A DNA stretch of 64,000 nt. Source: an uncultured Planctomycetota bacterium (GTDB lineage Bacteria > Planctomycetota > Phycisphaerae > Tepidisphaerales > Tepidisphaeraceae). Shown one piece after another: positions 41,450-50,760 of this stretch. The number at the start of each line of letters is the position of its first letter. Position 1 is the stretch's first letter. Location: contig CAWJEN010000006.1 of NCBI GenBank assembly GCA_963841915.1, forward strand, positions 1,632,001 to 1,696,000, written 5' to 3'. Both the position numbers and the translations under genes were made by a program. Under the pieces are notes generated by a model. The model made no database searches and was not told the DNA's origin. It saw nothing but the letters and a program-made list of their open reading frames with translations.

Positions 41450-42328
41450 ATGCCCAGCCCTAAGCGACGCAAGCTCGCCCTCATCACCGCCGCCTGCCTG
41501 TCGATTGCCGCGGTCGGCGTGGTGCTTGACACGCCCGTACTCGCTCAGGACGCCGCCGAGGCAACAACGCGCACCTACTCGGGCATCACCGCCCCGAGCA
41601 AGCAGTTCCAGCTCGCGTTGTCAAACCTTGGCAAAGTTGCAGAAGTCTCTGTCGAAAAGGGAGACGAAGTTACTGCCGATCAACTGCTTCTGCGACAGGA
41701 CGACGAGATCGAGAAAGCTCGTCTCGAAGAGCTGGTGGCCGAAGCCGATGTGACCGGCCGCGTCGAGACGGCCCGGCAGCAGGCCGATCTTGCTCGTGTG
41801 CGTGAGACGAGGCAGGAGAAGCTCTTAAGCAACGGTGGTGGCAACCAGCTCGAGTTTGAGGAGGCCAAAATCGGTCGGATTGTCGCCGAGGCCAACATCG
41901 ACGAAGAGCAACGGCAGGGCACTGCTTCGGCGGCACGCGTCAAGCAGCTACAAATCACGCTCCGGCAGAAGGTGCTCAAGGCACCGGCAGCCGGTGTTGT
42001 CCGTTCCATTGAGGCTCGCGTGGGTGAGATGCATGGCCCGCAGGAACCGGTCGTCGAGCTGATCGTGGTCAATCCGCTTAAAGTCGAGGTCCTCGGCATG
42101 CCGCCCTCGCTCGTCGGTCAGATGAAGCGGGGCGACACGGTACAGGTCCGCTATTCGGGCGGTGACGGCTGGCTCGATGCGAAGGTGACGTTTATCGATC
42201 CAGTCGTAAACGTGTCCGTTGATGAGCAAACCGTCGAACTAGAGCTGCCGAATCCTAATGGTCTACCGGCCGGACTTGAGGTTGAGGTACGACCGAGCAC
42301 GGGGCGTCAACGGGCCTCTGCCGAGTGA
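41450..42328 (+). CDS. Periplasmic adaptor (HlyD/RND membrane fusion protein) with signal peptide
   Basis: GKVAEVSVEKGDEV lipoyl half-motif, alpha-hairpin, LKAPAAGVV, V.FIDP, NPNGLPAG. Confidence 0.88.
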   Translation: MPSPKRRKLALITAACLSIAAVGVVLDTPVLAQDAAEATTRTYSGITAPSKQFQLALSNLGKVAEVSVEKGDEVTADQLLLRQDDEIEKARLEELVAEADVTGRVETARQQADLARVRETRQEKLLSNGGGNQLEFEEAKIGRIVAEANIDEEQRQGTASAARVKQLQITLRQKVLKAPAAGVVRSIEARVGEMHGPQEPVVELIVVNPLKVEVLGMPPSLVGQMKRGDTVQVRYSGGDGWLDAKVTFIDPVVNVSVDEQTVELELPNPNGLPAGLEVEVRPSTGRQRASAE

Positions 42329-42427
42329 TATAGTTCGAACGAGTCGCTGTTCCTGCTAACGACTTATCTGTGCCGCGTGTCCCGGCGGCAGCCTGATCTT
42401 CCTTCCTGACGCCACGCCCGCTTCGCC

Positions 42428-44413
42428 ATGGCCATTGCCGCCCAGCCCCACGCCCAGCAACCCGAGTCAGAACGCCAGAAGCGTGAGGACGAAGATCGGA
42501 AAAAGCAAGATGGCCGCATCACTCGCACGCGGCTGGTCCAGCGACTTGTTGAAAATGACGGCAACCTGCCGGACTTCATGGAGGATCTCATCGCCGTCCA
42601 GGCGGCTGTGGTCGCCGGCACTGAAGCCGTCGCGTTCCTCATCGAAGGCAAGGACGAGCGGGGCAAGCCCGAGCTACGGACCCTGAAACATGTCCGTCCC
42701 GACAACGTCGAAGATGGCGTTAAACGTCAGGCCATCAATGCGTTTCGCGAAATCGTGACGCAGTGCATTGAGCAGGAAAAAGACGGTGCTCTTCGCGTCG
42801 CAGCCGGCAGCGGTGAGACTGATCCGCAGTTCTGCCTCGTCACATTGCTCCGCCAGGACGAGCGACCCGTCGCCGCGACGGCGGTCATTACAAGGTGCCG
42901 CGACGAGAGCCGAGCGCTTCAGCGGCTGAGCACGATGCAACTCGTCAGCGGCTACTTCGACCTCTTCCTGCTCAAACGCCAAGGCGAGCAAAGTCGGCAG
43001 GTCGCCAAGACACACCAGGACGTGCTGCAGTTCGCCAGCGTCGTCTCGACGGCAGAAGACTTCCAGGCGTCGACCGTCGGTCTGTGCAACGAACTGGCCG
43101 CTCGCACCGGCGCCGCACGCGTCGCCATCGGCTGGGTCAAGTTCCTCGGCGGCGACAAGATCCAGCTCAAGGCGATCAGTCACACAGAAGAATTTGACAA
43201 GAAGCAGGAACTCTCTGTCCAGCTCGTCCGCGTGATGGAGGAATGTCTCGATCAGGACGAGTACTGCCAGTTCGACCCGGCAGGTGAGTCGACCGACAAC
43301 GTCACCCGCGAGGCAATGAAGCTTTCGCAAATGGAGGGCGGCAACCGCGTCGTCAGCGTGCCGTTGCGTCGCCGCGAAAAGCAGGTCGGCGTGATGTCGC
43401 TCGAGTTCCCGCCTGAAAAGCCCAGCACGCCCGCCGAAGCCACCGCACTGGCCGTCGCGGCCGAATTGCTCGCGCCGCAGCTGTACGATCGGTTCCAGAA
43501 CGACCGCTACCTCGTCACGAAGGCCGGCCTAAGCGTTCGCGACAACACCAAGAAGATCTTCGGCCTCCGTCAGCACACGCTGGCCAAAGTGATCGTGCTG
43601 TCGGTCATCGGGTTGCTGCTGTTCCTGGCTTTGTTCTCGCCGATGTACCGCGTGGCGGCACCTTTCGAGTTCGTGCCGATCGATCGTCGCATCGTCGACG
43701 CTCCGTTCGATGGCATTATTGCCAAAGTTAATTTCGACGTCGGTGACACGGTTGCTAAGGGAGACGTGCTGGCGGTGCTCGACACGCGTGACCTCGAGGA
43801 AGAGCTCAAGGTCCAGGAGAAGGACTACCTTCGGTTTGAGGCCGAAGCGGCAGCGCTTCGTTCGCGACGCTCGGAAGGTGAGCAATTTCCCGCCGAAGAA
43901 CGTGCCAAGCGGCTTCAGGCCGAAGCCGCCCAGGCGCGGATGGATCAGATTAAGTCGCAGATTGAGAAGGCCAGCCTCAAGTCGCCCATCAACGGCGTCA
44001 TCCTCGAAGTTCCCGGCACTGAAGACCTCCGCGAGCGGATCGGTACGCAGCTGCGCACCGGCGACCCGCTGGCCGTCATCGGCGACCCGGCCAAGCTTCG
44101 CGTCGAAGCGCGTGTGAACGACCGCGACATTGAAGAGATCAAGACGGGTTACGAAGGCACGCTCGCCACGAGCAGCAAGCCGGGCAAGAAGGTGCCGTTG
44201 AAGGTCGTCAAGATCATCTCCATGGCCGCCGCCGATCCTGCCGCTAGTAGCAATGCCTTCACCGTCATCGCAGAGGTCGACAGCCAGTACCGCGATGAAA
44301 CCTGGCGCCCTGCCGGCACTGGGGAAGTCCGAATCGATGTGGAAAAACGGAGCCTCGCCCGTCAATGGACGCAACGCCTCGATGAGTGGATCCGCCTGAA
44401 GCTCTGGCTTTAA
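42428..44413 (+). CDS. GAF-like domain(s) plus TM plus HlyD adaptor fusion
   Basis: N-terminal GAF-like segments (LCNELAARTGAARVAIG...MEECLDQ...VSVPL...VGVMSLE); one TM; APFDGII...VGDTVAKGDVL; SPINGVI. Confidence 0.85.
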   Translation: MAIAAQPHAQQPESERQKREDEDRKKQDGRITRTRLVQRLVENDGNLPDFMEDLIAVQAAVVAGTEAVAFLIEGKDERGKPELRTLKHVRPDNVEDGVKRQAINAFREIVTQCIEQEKDGALRVAAGSGETDPQFCLVTLLRQDERPVAATAVITRCRDESRALQRLSTMQLVSGYFDLFLLKRQGEQSRQVAKTHQDVLQFASVVSTAEDFQASTVGLCNELAARTGAARVAIGWVKFLGGDKIQLKAISHTEEFDKKQELSVQLVRVMEECLDQDEYCQFDPAGESTDNVTREAMKLSQMEGGNRVVSVPLRRREKQVGVMSLEFPPEKPSTPAEATALAVAAELLAPQLYDRFQNDRYLVTKAGLSVRDNTKKIFGLRQHTLAKVIVLSVIGLLLFLALFSPMYRVAAPFEFVPIDRRIVDAPFDGIIAKVNFDVGDTVAKGDVLAVLDTRDLEEELKVQEKDYLRFEAEAAALRSRRSEGEQFPAEERAKRLQAEAAQARMDQIKSQIEKASLKSPINGVILEVPGTEDLRERIGTQLRTGDPLAVIGDPAKLRVEARVNDRDIEEIKTGYEGTLATSSKPGKKVPLKVVKIISMAAADPAASSNAFTVIAEVDSQYRDETWRPAGTGEVRIDVEKRSLARQWTQRLDEWIRLKLWL

Positions 44414-44515
44414 GAGATGAGGCGAGGGATGCCTCGAAGAAGCCGAAGCCACAGGCCGAGGCACACATCTCATTGAAAACGCGACGCACCTGTCGACACG
44501 CACTGCCTTGACGTC

Positions 44516-46741
44516 ATGACCCTTCAGCTTCGTCCAACATTCTCCGAGTCGTGGTACCGGGTCAAAGACCTCAAGCCGCGCCTCCGCGCTGCCGCCCAGA
44601 TTTCGCGTCAGTTTTACCGCGGCGAGCGGTGGTACGTTGTTCGTGACCCGGCCGGTAATCAGTTCCACCGGCTCAGCGATGTGGCGTATCAGTTCGTCGG
44701 CCTGCTCGACGGCACCCGCACCGTCGGCGAAGCGTGGGAACTCGTCGGCGGGCAGCTTGCCGACGACGCCCCGACGCAGCCGGAAGTCATTCAGATTCTG
44801 TCGCAGCTCTACAGCGCGAATCTGATCGAGACCAATATTGCCCCCGACGCGCAGGTGCTGCTTCGACGCCAGAAGAAGCAACGCGAACGCAAGTTCCAGG
44901 GCCGCCTGATGAACCTTTTGTTCCCGCGGATTCCGCTGTGGGACCCGGACAAGTTCCTCAAGATCTGGATGCCGCTGGCTGCACCGTTCATCAGCCGCGT
45001 CGGCATGGTCCTGTGGATCTTCGTCGTCGGGGCTGCGTTGCTGTTCATCCTGCCCAACGCCGACAAGTTCGCCAACCAGACGCAAGACTTCCTAAGCAAC
45101 GGCACGGTCGAGATGTGGCTGCTGCTGGGCATCACCTTTCTCGGGACCAAGTTCCTGCACGAGATGGGCCACGCCTTTGCCGTCCGAAGGTTCGGCGGTG
45201 AGTGTCACGAAGTGGGCATCATGTTCCTGGTGCTCATGCCGTGCCCGTACGTCGACGCGTCGACGGCGTGGGGCTTCTCGAGCAAGTGGCGGCGGATCTT
45301 CGTCTCTGCCGGTGGCATGATCGCCGAGGTCTTCATCGCCGCCCTTGCAGGCATTGTCTGGTTCATCACGATTGATAACCAGCAGTCGGCTCTCAACCAG
45401 ATCAGCTACTACACGATGCTCATCGCGGGCATCAGCACGATCCTCTTCAACGCCAACCCGCTGCTGCGGTACGACGGCTACTACATCTTGAGCGACTGGC
45501 TTGAGATCCCGAACCTGCAACAGAAATCCCGTGAATACAGCCTCGGGCTCGTCAAGCGGTACATCTTCCGTGTCAAGACCAATCAGCCGCTGCCGGCGAC
45601 GCTCAAGCAGAAACTCTGGCTCGCGTTCTACTGGTCGCTGAGCGGCATCTACCGCATCTTCATCGGGTTCGCCATCTTGTTCATGGTGATCTACTCGCTG
45701 CCCGAGCCGGTGCAGATCGTCGGCTACTTCCTGGCAGCCGGTGCGGTGACGACGTTCTTCATCGTCCCGATTTTCAAGCTCTTCAAATACCTCACGACCG
45801 AAGCCGAGCTTCACCGCAAGCGGACCCGGGCCTGGGCATTTACGCTCAGCGTCGTTGCGGTGCTGGTCGTGCTGCTGGCGATCGTGCCGTTCCCGTCAGC
45901 CGTGCGGGCAGAGGCCATAAGCGAGCCGCTCGATCGTCAGCTCGTCGGCGTCATGTCACCTGGCCGCGTCACCGAGCTCAGCGTCGAAGACGGCGAACGC
46001 GTCGAAGAAGGTCAGGTCATCGCGACACTGTCAAACCCGCAGCTACAGACCGACCTCAAGATCGCCAAGCTCGAGCTGCAGCAAGCTCAAGCCCAACTCG
46101 GCGGCGTCCGGTTCAGCGACCGAGACCTTGCCGCCATCTATCGACGACAAGTCGAAGCCGCCGAGGCACGGGTCGAGTCAGCCCAGGTGCGGGTCGATGA
46201 GCTCGTCGTCCGCAGCCCTGCCGCAGGTATGTTCGTCGCGCCGGACCTTCGTGAGCGGTTCGGCACCTTCATCCAACGTGGACAGCCCATCGGCATCGTT
46301 CAGGACGCCCGCCAGCTCGAGCTCTTCGTCAACGTCGATCAGCAGGCCGCCCAGCGTGTCACCGGCGCCCTCCGCGACGGCAAGGCTCAAGTCCAGGTCC
46401 GGCTCGCCAGCAACATCTCCGAGAACATCAAGAACGGCATCATCGACGACCGTGCGATGCTGACGGCTGCTAAGAACGAATTGCGCAGCCCGGCCATGAC
46501 CGTCGCCGGGGGCGGCACGATCTCTCCCGACCCGCGTGACCCGACAAAGTCGTCACAAAACATGTTCGAGTTCCGGCTCGTTCTGCCCAACCTGCACGAC
46601 GACGGGTCCATCATGCACCTGCCGGGCCAGCGGGCGTACGTCCGCATCAAGCTCGAGGACGAGCCGATCGTCCAGCAGCTGTGGCGTGGGGCGTTGCAGC
46701 TCATCCAAACGCAAACGACGACACAGTCGTCTCAAGGATAA
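44516..46741 (+). CDS. PqqD-like plus M50 (site-2) peptidase plus HlyD adaptor fusion
   Basis: LLDGTRTVGEAW (PqqD-like wHTH); HEMGH; FNANPLLRYDGYY; PGRVTELSVEDGERVEEGQ. Confidence 0.88.
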   Translation: MTLQLRPTFSESWYRVKDLKPRLRAAAQISRQFYRGERWYVVRDPAGNQFHRLSDVAYQFVGLLDGTRTVGEAWELVGGQLADDAPTQPEVIQILSQLYSANLIETNIAPDAQVLLRRQKKQRERKFQGRLMNLLFPRIPLWDPDKFLKIWMPLAAPFISRVGMVLWIFVVGAALLFILPNADKFANQTQDFLSNGTVEMWLLLGITFLGTKFLHEMGHAFAVRRFGGECHEVGIMFLVLMPCPYVDASTAWGFSSKWRRIFVSAGGMIAEVFIAALAGIVWFITIDNQQSALNQISYYTMLIAGISTILFNANPLLRYDGYYILSDWLEIPNLQQKSREYSLGLVKRYIFRVKTNQPLPATLKQKLWLAFYWSLSGIYRIFIGFAILFMVIYSLPEPVQIVGYFLAAGAVTTFFIVPIFKLFKYLTTEAELHRKRTRAWAFTLSVVAVLVVLLAIVPFPSAVRAEAISEPLDRQLVGVMSPGRVTELSVEDGERVEEGQVIATLSNPQLQTDLKIAKLELQQAQAQLGGVRFSDRDLAAIYRRQVEAAEARVESAQVRVDELVVRSPAAGMFVAPDLRERFGTFIQRGQPIGIVQDARQLELFVNVDQQAAQRVTGALRDGKAQVQVRLASNISENIKNGIIDDRAMLTAAKNELRSPAMTVAGGGTISPDPRDPTKSSQNMFEFRLVLPNLHDDGSIMHLPGQRAYVRIKLEDEPIVQQLWRGALQLIQTQTTTQSSQG

Positions 46742-46745
46742 TCCG

Positions 46746-48701
46746 ATGAGTTCTGCCGCAGGCGAGCTGTTTCACATCTTTGACGCCCGTCGTGTCAAGG
46801 CCCCGGAAGTCAAGGGCCTCGACGTAGGTGCCAACGCAGCTGTCGGCTGGGTCAAGCACAAGGTGCCGGTCCTGCGACAGCTCAAAGCCTTTAGCAAGCA
46901 GGTCGACGCGCAGGAAGACGCCGTCCACAAGCTTGGCAGCAACGCGTTCCGAGACGAGGTCGCCAGAATTCGCGACATCGCACGTCGCGGCAAGCTCGAG
47001 CAGGATCAGGCGTCGCTCGTCCGCGCCTTTGCCCTGGGGCGCGAGGCGTCCGTTCGCACGCTCGAGAAGCGGCCGTACCCCGTGCAAATCATCGGCGCTC
47101 GAGCAATCACGCGTGGCTTCGTGGCCGAAATGGCGACCGGCGAAGGCAAGACGCTCACCGCTGCCATTGCCGCTGCAATCTGGTCGTGGAGCGGCCGGCC
47201 TGTGCACGTCGTCACCGTCAACGACTATCTCGTCGCCCGCGATGCTGAGCTGAATCGGCCGCTTTACGAGATGATGGGCACGACCGTCGCCCATGTCACC
47301 CACGAGATCACGCCGCAGCAACGGTTCGGCGCCTATCGCAGCGGCGTCATCTACACGACGAGCAAGGAGATGGTCGCTGACTTTCTGCGCGACCAGATCA
47401 TGCTCGGAGAACAGCGATCGAGCACCAGCACTGCCGTCGGCATGATGTCGGGCAGGCAGAATCGCCCGTGTCTCGTGCCAGGCTTGTTTCGCTGCATCGT
47501 GGATGAGGCCGACAGCCTGCTGATCGACGAGGCCGTCACGCCGCTTATCATCAGCAACGCACCCGAGGGCAATGCGAACGAGCCGCTGTACCGCGAGGCA
47601 CGTGAACTCGCTTTGCAGCTGACGAGCGGGCGGGATTACACGGTCGACAAGACCGAGCGCAAGGTCGACCTCACCGGCCGCGGCAAGACCGCGCTGCACG
47701 ACATCGCCGAGGCCGTCATTCCCGATGAAGACGCCGGCTTCTGGGTCGGGCGTCGTCGTCGTGAGGAACTCGTCACGCAGGCGCTCGTCGCCGAGTACTG
47801 CTTCATCAAAGACGAGCAGTACCTCATCGATCCCGAAGGAAAGATCGTCATTGTCGATGAATCGACCGGCCGCGTCATGCCCGACCGATCGTGGCGGGGT
47901 GGCCTGCATCAGGCGATCGAGGTCAAGGAAAAGCAGGAAGTCACGAGCGACAAGGAAAACCTTGCAAGGCTCAGCTTTCAGCGGTTCTTCCGCCAATACA
48001 CGCACCTGGCTGGCATGACCGGCACCGCCTGGGAGGCTCGCAGCGAGCTTTGGCAGATCTTCAACAAGGCCGTCGTCCGCATCCCGACGAACAAGCCGCT
48101 TGTCCGCAAGCAGCTACCGCTGAAGTTCTTCGGCAAGGCAGACGACAAATGGGATGCGGTCGTCGACCGCGTGGCTGAGCTGCACAAGGACGACAAGCCG
48201 GTCCTCATCGGCACGCGCAGCGTCTGGTCGAGTGAGGAGGTCGCCCGGCGTCTCGAAGCCCGCGGCTTGCCGCACCGCGTGCTCAACGCCCGGCACGACA
48301 AGAGCGAGGCCGACATCATCGGTCAGGCCGGTCAGCCCGGCGGCATCACCGTCGCGACCAACATGGCCGGTCGCGGCACGGACATTCTGCTCGGTCGCGG
48401 CGTGCGTGAAAACGGTGGCCTCAACGTCATCGCCACCGAACCTCACGGCAGCGAACGCATCGACCGCCAGCTGTTCGGCCGCGCCGGTCGGCAAGGTGAT
48501 CCGGGAACCGCCCAAATGTTCGCCTCGGCCGAGGACGACGTCATCAAGCGGCACGCCGACAAGCTCCGCGGCAAATGGCGTGTCGTCGGCGGTGCCCGCG
48601 TCATCCGCGTCGCCCAGAAGCGGGCCGAAAAGCTCGGCCGCTTCAACCGCAAGCAAGTGCTCCGCAGCGACGACTGGATGGACCAGAGTCTGCCGTTTTA
48701 G
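46746..48701 (+). CDS. Accessory SecA-like ATPase (SecA_DEAD/cross-linking/NBD2, no C-terminal wing-scaffold)
   Basis: EMATGEGKT, VTVNDYL, VDEADSLLIDEA, GMTGTA, TNMAGRGTDI, QLFGRAGRQGDPG; ends at ~651 aa. Confidence 0.9.
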   Translation: MSSAAGELFHIFDARRVKAPEVKGLDVGANAAVGWVKHKVPVLRQLKAFSKQVDAQEDAVHKLGSNAFRDEVARIRDIARRGKLEQDQASLVRAFALGREASVRTLEKRPYPVQIIGARAITRGFVAEMATGEGKTLTAAIAAAIWSWSGRPVHVVTVNDYLVARDAELNRPLYEMMGTTVAHVTHEITPQQRFGAYRSGVIYTTSKEMVADFLRDQIMLGEQRSSTSTAVGMMSGRQNRPCLVPGLFRCIVDEADSLLIDEAVTPLIISNAPEGNANEPLYREARELALQLTSGRDYTVDKTERKVDLTGRGKTALHDIAEAVIPDEDAGFWVGRRRREELVTQALVAEYCFIKDEQYLIDPEGKIVIVDESTGRVMPDRSWRGGLHQAIEVKEKQEVTSDKENLARLSFQRFFRQYTHLAGMTGTAWEARSELWQIFNKAVVRIPTNKPLVRKQLPLKFFGKADDKWDAVVDRVAELHKDDKPVLIGTRSVWSSEEVARRLEARGLPHRVLNARHDKSEADIIGQAGQPGGITVATNMAGRGTDILLGRGVRENGGLNVIATEPHGSERIDRQLFGRAGRQGDPGTAQMFASAEDDVIKRHADKLRGKWRVVGGARVIRVAQKRAEKLGRFNRKQVLRSDDWMDQSLPF

Positions 48702-48740
48702 CAGCAGGGTTCGCGACTTAGGACACCGTTGAGAAGACAC

Positions 48741-48771
48741 GGCAGCTGCGGCTCTTAGACCCGCAGCTACC
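48741..48771. terminator. Hairpin between convergent genes
   Basis: GGCAGCTGCGG-N9-CCGCAGCTACC (10/11 paired). Confidence 0.5.
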
Positions 48772-48819
48772 TACCGCTTTACCGTGGGTTGAGTAGATGC
48801 TCCGCTTGCAAGCTCAGCA

Positions 48820-49404
48820 TTACCGGCCTTCGTCAGCCTTGGACTGGTCAGCCAGCTGACGGCTCGTGTCGCCGCCAGCGTCGCCGCCGATGACGTGCTT
48901 GGCGGTGTCCGTGATCTTGCCCTCGCTCATGAGCTGACTCATCAGTACGCGGCGGTAGCTGGCGGCACGCAACTGCTCCTTGACGGCGTCGGTCCGCTCC
49001 ATGCGAAGTTTGTCGTTCTGCGTGAACAGGGCTTCTTCCAGCGCCTCGTTCTCGAGCAGCAGGGCGTACATTGCGTCGGCGTTCTTGCCACCGGAGTTGA
49101 ACAACCCGCCGTAGCCGGCTGCCTTGCGTCGGTATTCCTCGACCCGCTCCATGAGCGTCTGCTTGTCTCCGCGGAGCGCCTCTACCTCGACCTTGAGCTC
49201 GTCGAGTTCCTGGTCGTACACCTGCTTGAAGCCGCGTTGGGCGCTGAAGAGTTCCTCTTCCTTCTGCTGCATGTTCTTTCGCTGACTTCCGACGCCGAGC
49301 CAGCGACCGATCTTGTAGCCGATGAAGATCATCAGCATCGCCGCTACAGCGAGCACGATAGCCCAGAACCAGCGCTGAAAATCACTCTCGAAGACGGGCA
49401 GCAT
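48820..49404 (-). CDS. Hypothetical single-TM coiled-coil protein
   Basis: N-terminal TM followed by E/K/Q-rich heptads. Confidence 0.75.
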   Translation of the reverse strand: MLPVFESDFQRWFWAIVLAVAAMLMIFIGYKIGRWLGVGSQRKNMQQKEEELFSAQRGFKQVYDQELDELKVEVEALRGDKQTLMERVEEYRRKAAGYGGLFNSGGKNADAMYALLLENEALEEALFTQNDKLRMERTDAVKEQLRAASYRRVLMSQLMSEGKITDTAKHVIGGDAGGDTSRQLADQSKADEGR

Positions 49405-49413
49405 GGCCGCACT

Positions 49414-50568
49414 CTACGACGGGACTGGGCGTGCCGCACGACCGGACCGCAGTGTCGTCAGGCGACGCTTCCTCTTTTGGCGGTGCTTGATGCTCATGAC
49501 GAGCCCGCCAATGAGACCGACAGCCGTCAGAGGCACGACGAAGGCCAGCATTGCCCAACTGAAGGGCCGCATCGCGTCATGGTTTGTCGCGTCGAGCAGC
49601 AGGTAGACCATGTAGGCGACGAAGTACACGAGCATGAGCCCGCCCTCCAGACGACTGATGCGGCCGCCGGTGAAGAAGATCGGGAAGCAGACGACCGCCA
49701 CCGCGACCATCACTGGCAAGTCGAAGCGAATTGCCGCCGCCGAGACCGGGACGCCCTCCGGTGGCAACGCAGCAGTAAGCCCCAGGACGCAAAGCAAGTT
49801 AAACAGGTTGCTTCCGACCACGTTACCGACGGCCAGATCACGCTGTCCGCGAAAGCTCGCCAGCACGCTCGTAGCAATTTCCGGAAGGCTCGTGCCGATG
49901 GCGATGACGGTCAACCCGATGACGAGTTGACTGATGCCCATCGCCTCAGCCGCAGTGGTCGCACCCTCGACCAGCCAGCGTGCACCTAAAGCGAGGCCGA
50001 TCAAGCCGATCACGATCGAGCCGATGTCGACGGTCCAATTGACCTTCTCTACCGGCTCATTGTCCGCGGCCACCGCAGCGGCCGCCTTCTTGTCCTTGCG
50101 GACGGTCGTGAAGATGATGAGCAGGTACGCCAACAACCCGGCGACGAGAACGCCTCCCTCGACGTGGCTCACGATGCCGTCTGCCGCCATCGCCCAGACG
50201 CCGAAGCTCACGAGAATCAGCAGCGGCACGTCCAGCCGAACAAGCTGGTCCCGCACCACAAGCGGCGCGACGACGGCCGAAAGGCCGAGAATCAGCAGCA
50301 CATTCATCACGTTGCTCCCGACGATGTTGCCGACGGCCACGTCTGCGTTACCCGTAAGCGAACCGCCGACGCTGACGGCGAGTTCAGGCGCACTCGTGCC
50401 GAACGACACGACGGTTAGGCCGACGATCAGCGGCGAAATGCCAAACCCACGGGCCAGTCGAGACGCTCCCCGCACGAGCAATTCGGCCCCGGCGATGAGC
50501 AACACGAAGCCGAGGGCGAACCGCAGCCAAAGCGGTAGAAGTTGTTCGATCTGCAGGGCGGCTTCCAC
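49414..50568 (-). CDS. Calcium/sodium antiporter (YrbG-like)
   Basis: Duplicated GTSAPE/GTSLPE and GNIVGSN/GNVVGSN alpha repeats; start uncertain (GTG 50568). Confidence 0.92.
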   Translation of the reverse strand: MEAALQIEQLLPLWLRFALGFVLLIAGAELLVRGASRLARGFGISPLIVGLTVVSFGTSAPELAVSVGGSLTGNADVAVGNIVGSNVMNVLLILGLSAVVAPLVVRDQLVRLDVPLLILVSFGVWAMAADGIVSHVEGGVLVAGLLAYLLIIFTTVRKDKKAAAAVAADNEPVEKVNWTVDIGSIVIGLIGLALGARWLVEGATTAAEAMGISQLVIGLTVIAIGTSLPEIATSVLASFRGQRDLAVGNVVGSNLFNLLCVLGLTAALPPEGVPVSAAAIRFDLPVMVAVAVVCFPIFFTGGRISRLEGGLMLVYFVAYMVYLLLDATNHDAMRPFSWAMLAFVVPLTAVGLIGGLVMSIKHRQKRKRRLTTLRSGRAARPVPS

Positions 50569-50662
50569 GTCAGGCGAGACTACGGCCGCCGTTGCTTGCC
50601 GTCGCCGTCGCCCCTGCGGCAAGTAGGAGCGTTAGCGCCACAAGAGCACAAATGACATTCTC

Positions 50663-50678
50663 TATCGCGATCACGATA
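50663..50678. promoter_or_regulatory. Palindrome TATCGCGATCACGATA upstream of the metH-like gene
   Basis: 16-bp inverted repeat with one mismatched pair in the divergent intergenic region. Confidence 0.45.
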
Positions 50679-50760
50679 AGGTTCGGCCGACCTGCGTGAG
50701 CCTAAGCGAGTTTCACTGCTCTAAAGGGCTGCTGCGTCGGCGGACCCGCTAAGGTGCGCC

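Noticed and set aside
44516..44900. RiPP/PQQ biosynthetic cluster suggested by the PqqD-like domain
   Set aside because: No precursor peptide or maturase is adjacent; the radical SAM at 56 kb belongs to an unrelated family.
43529..45085. 518-aa - strand ORF and similar long antisense ORFs (13886-15220, 26351-27634, 46701-48005)
   Set aside because: They lie opposite well-supported genes, as expected in high-GC DNA.
50623..50760. SAM or cobalamin riboswitch upstream of the metH-like gene
   Set aside because: I could not identify the conserved cores by eye; an Infernal scan would be needed.
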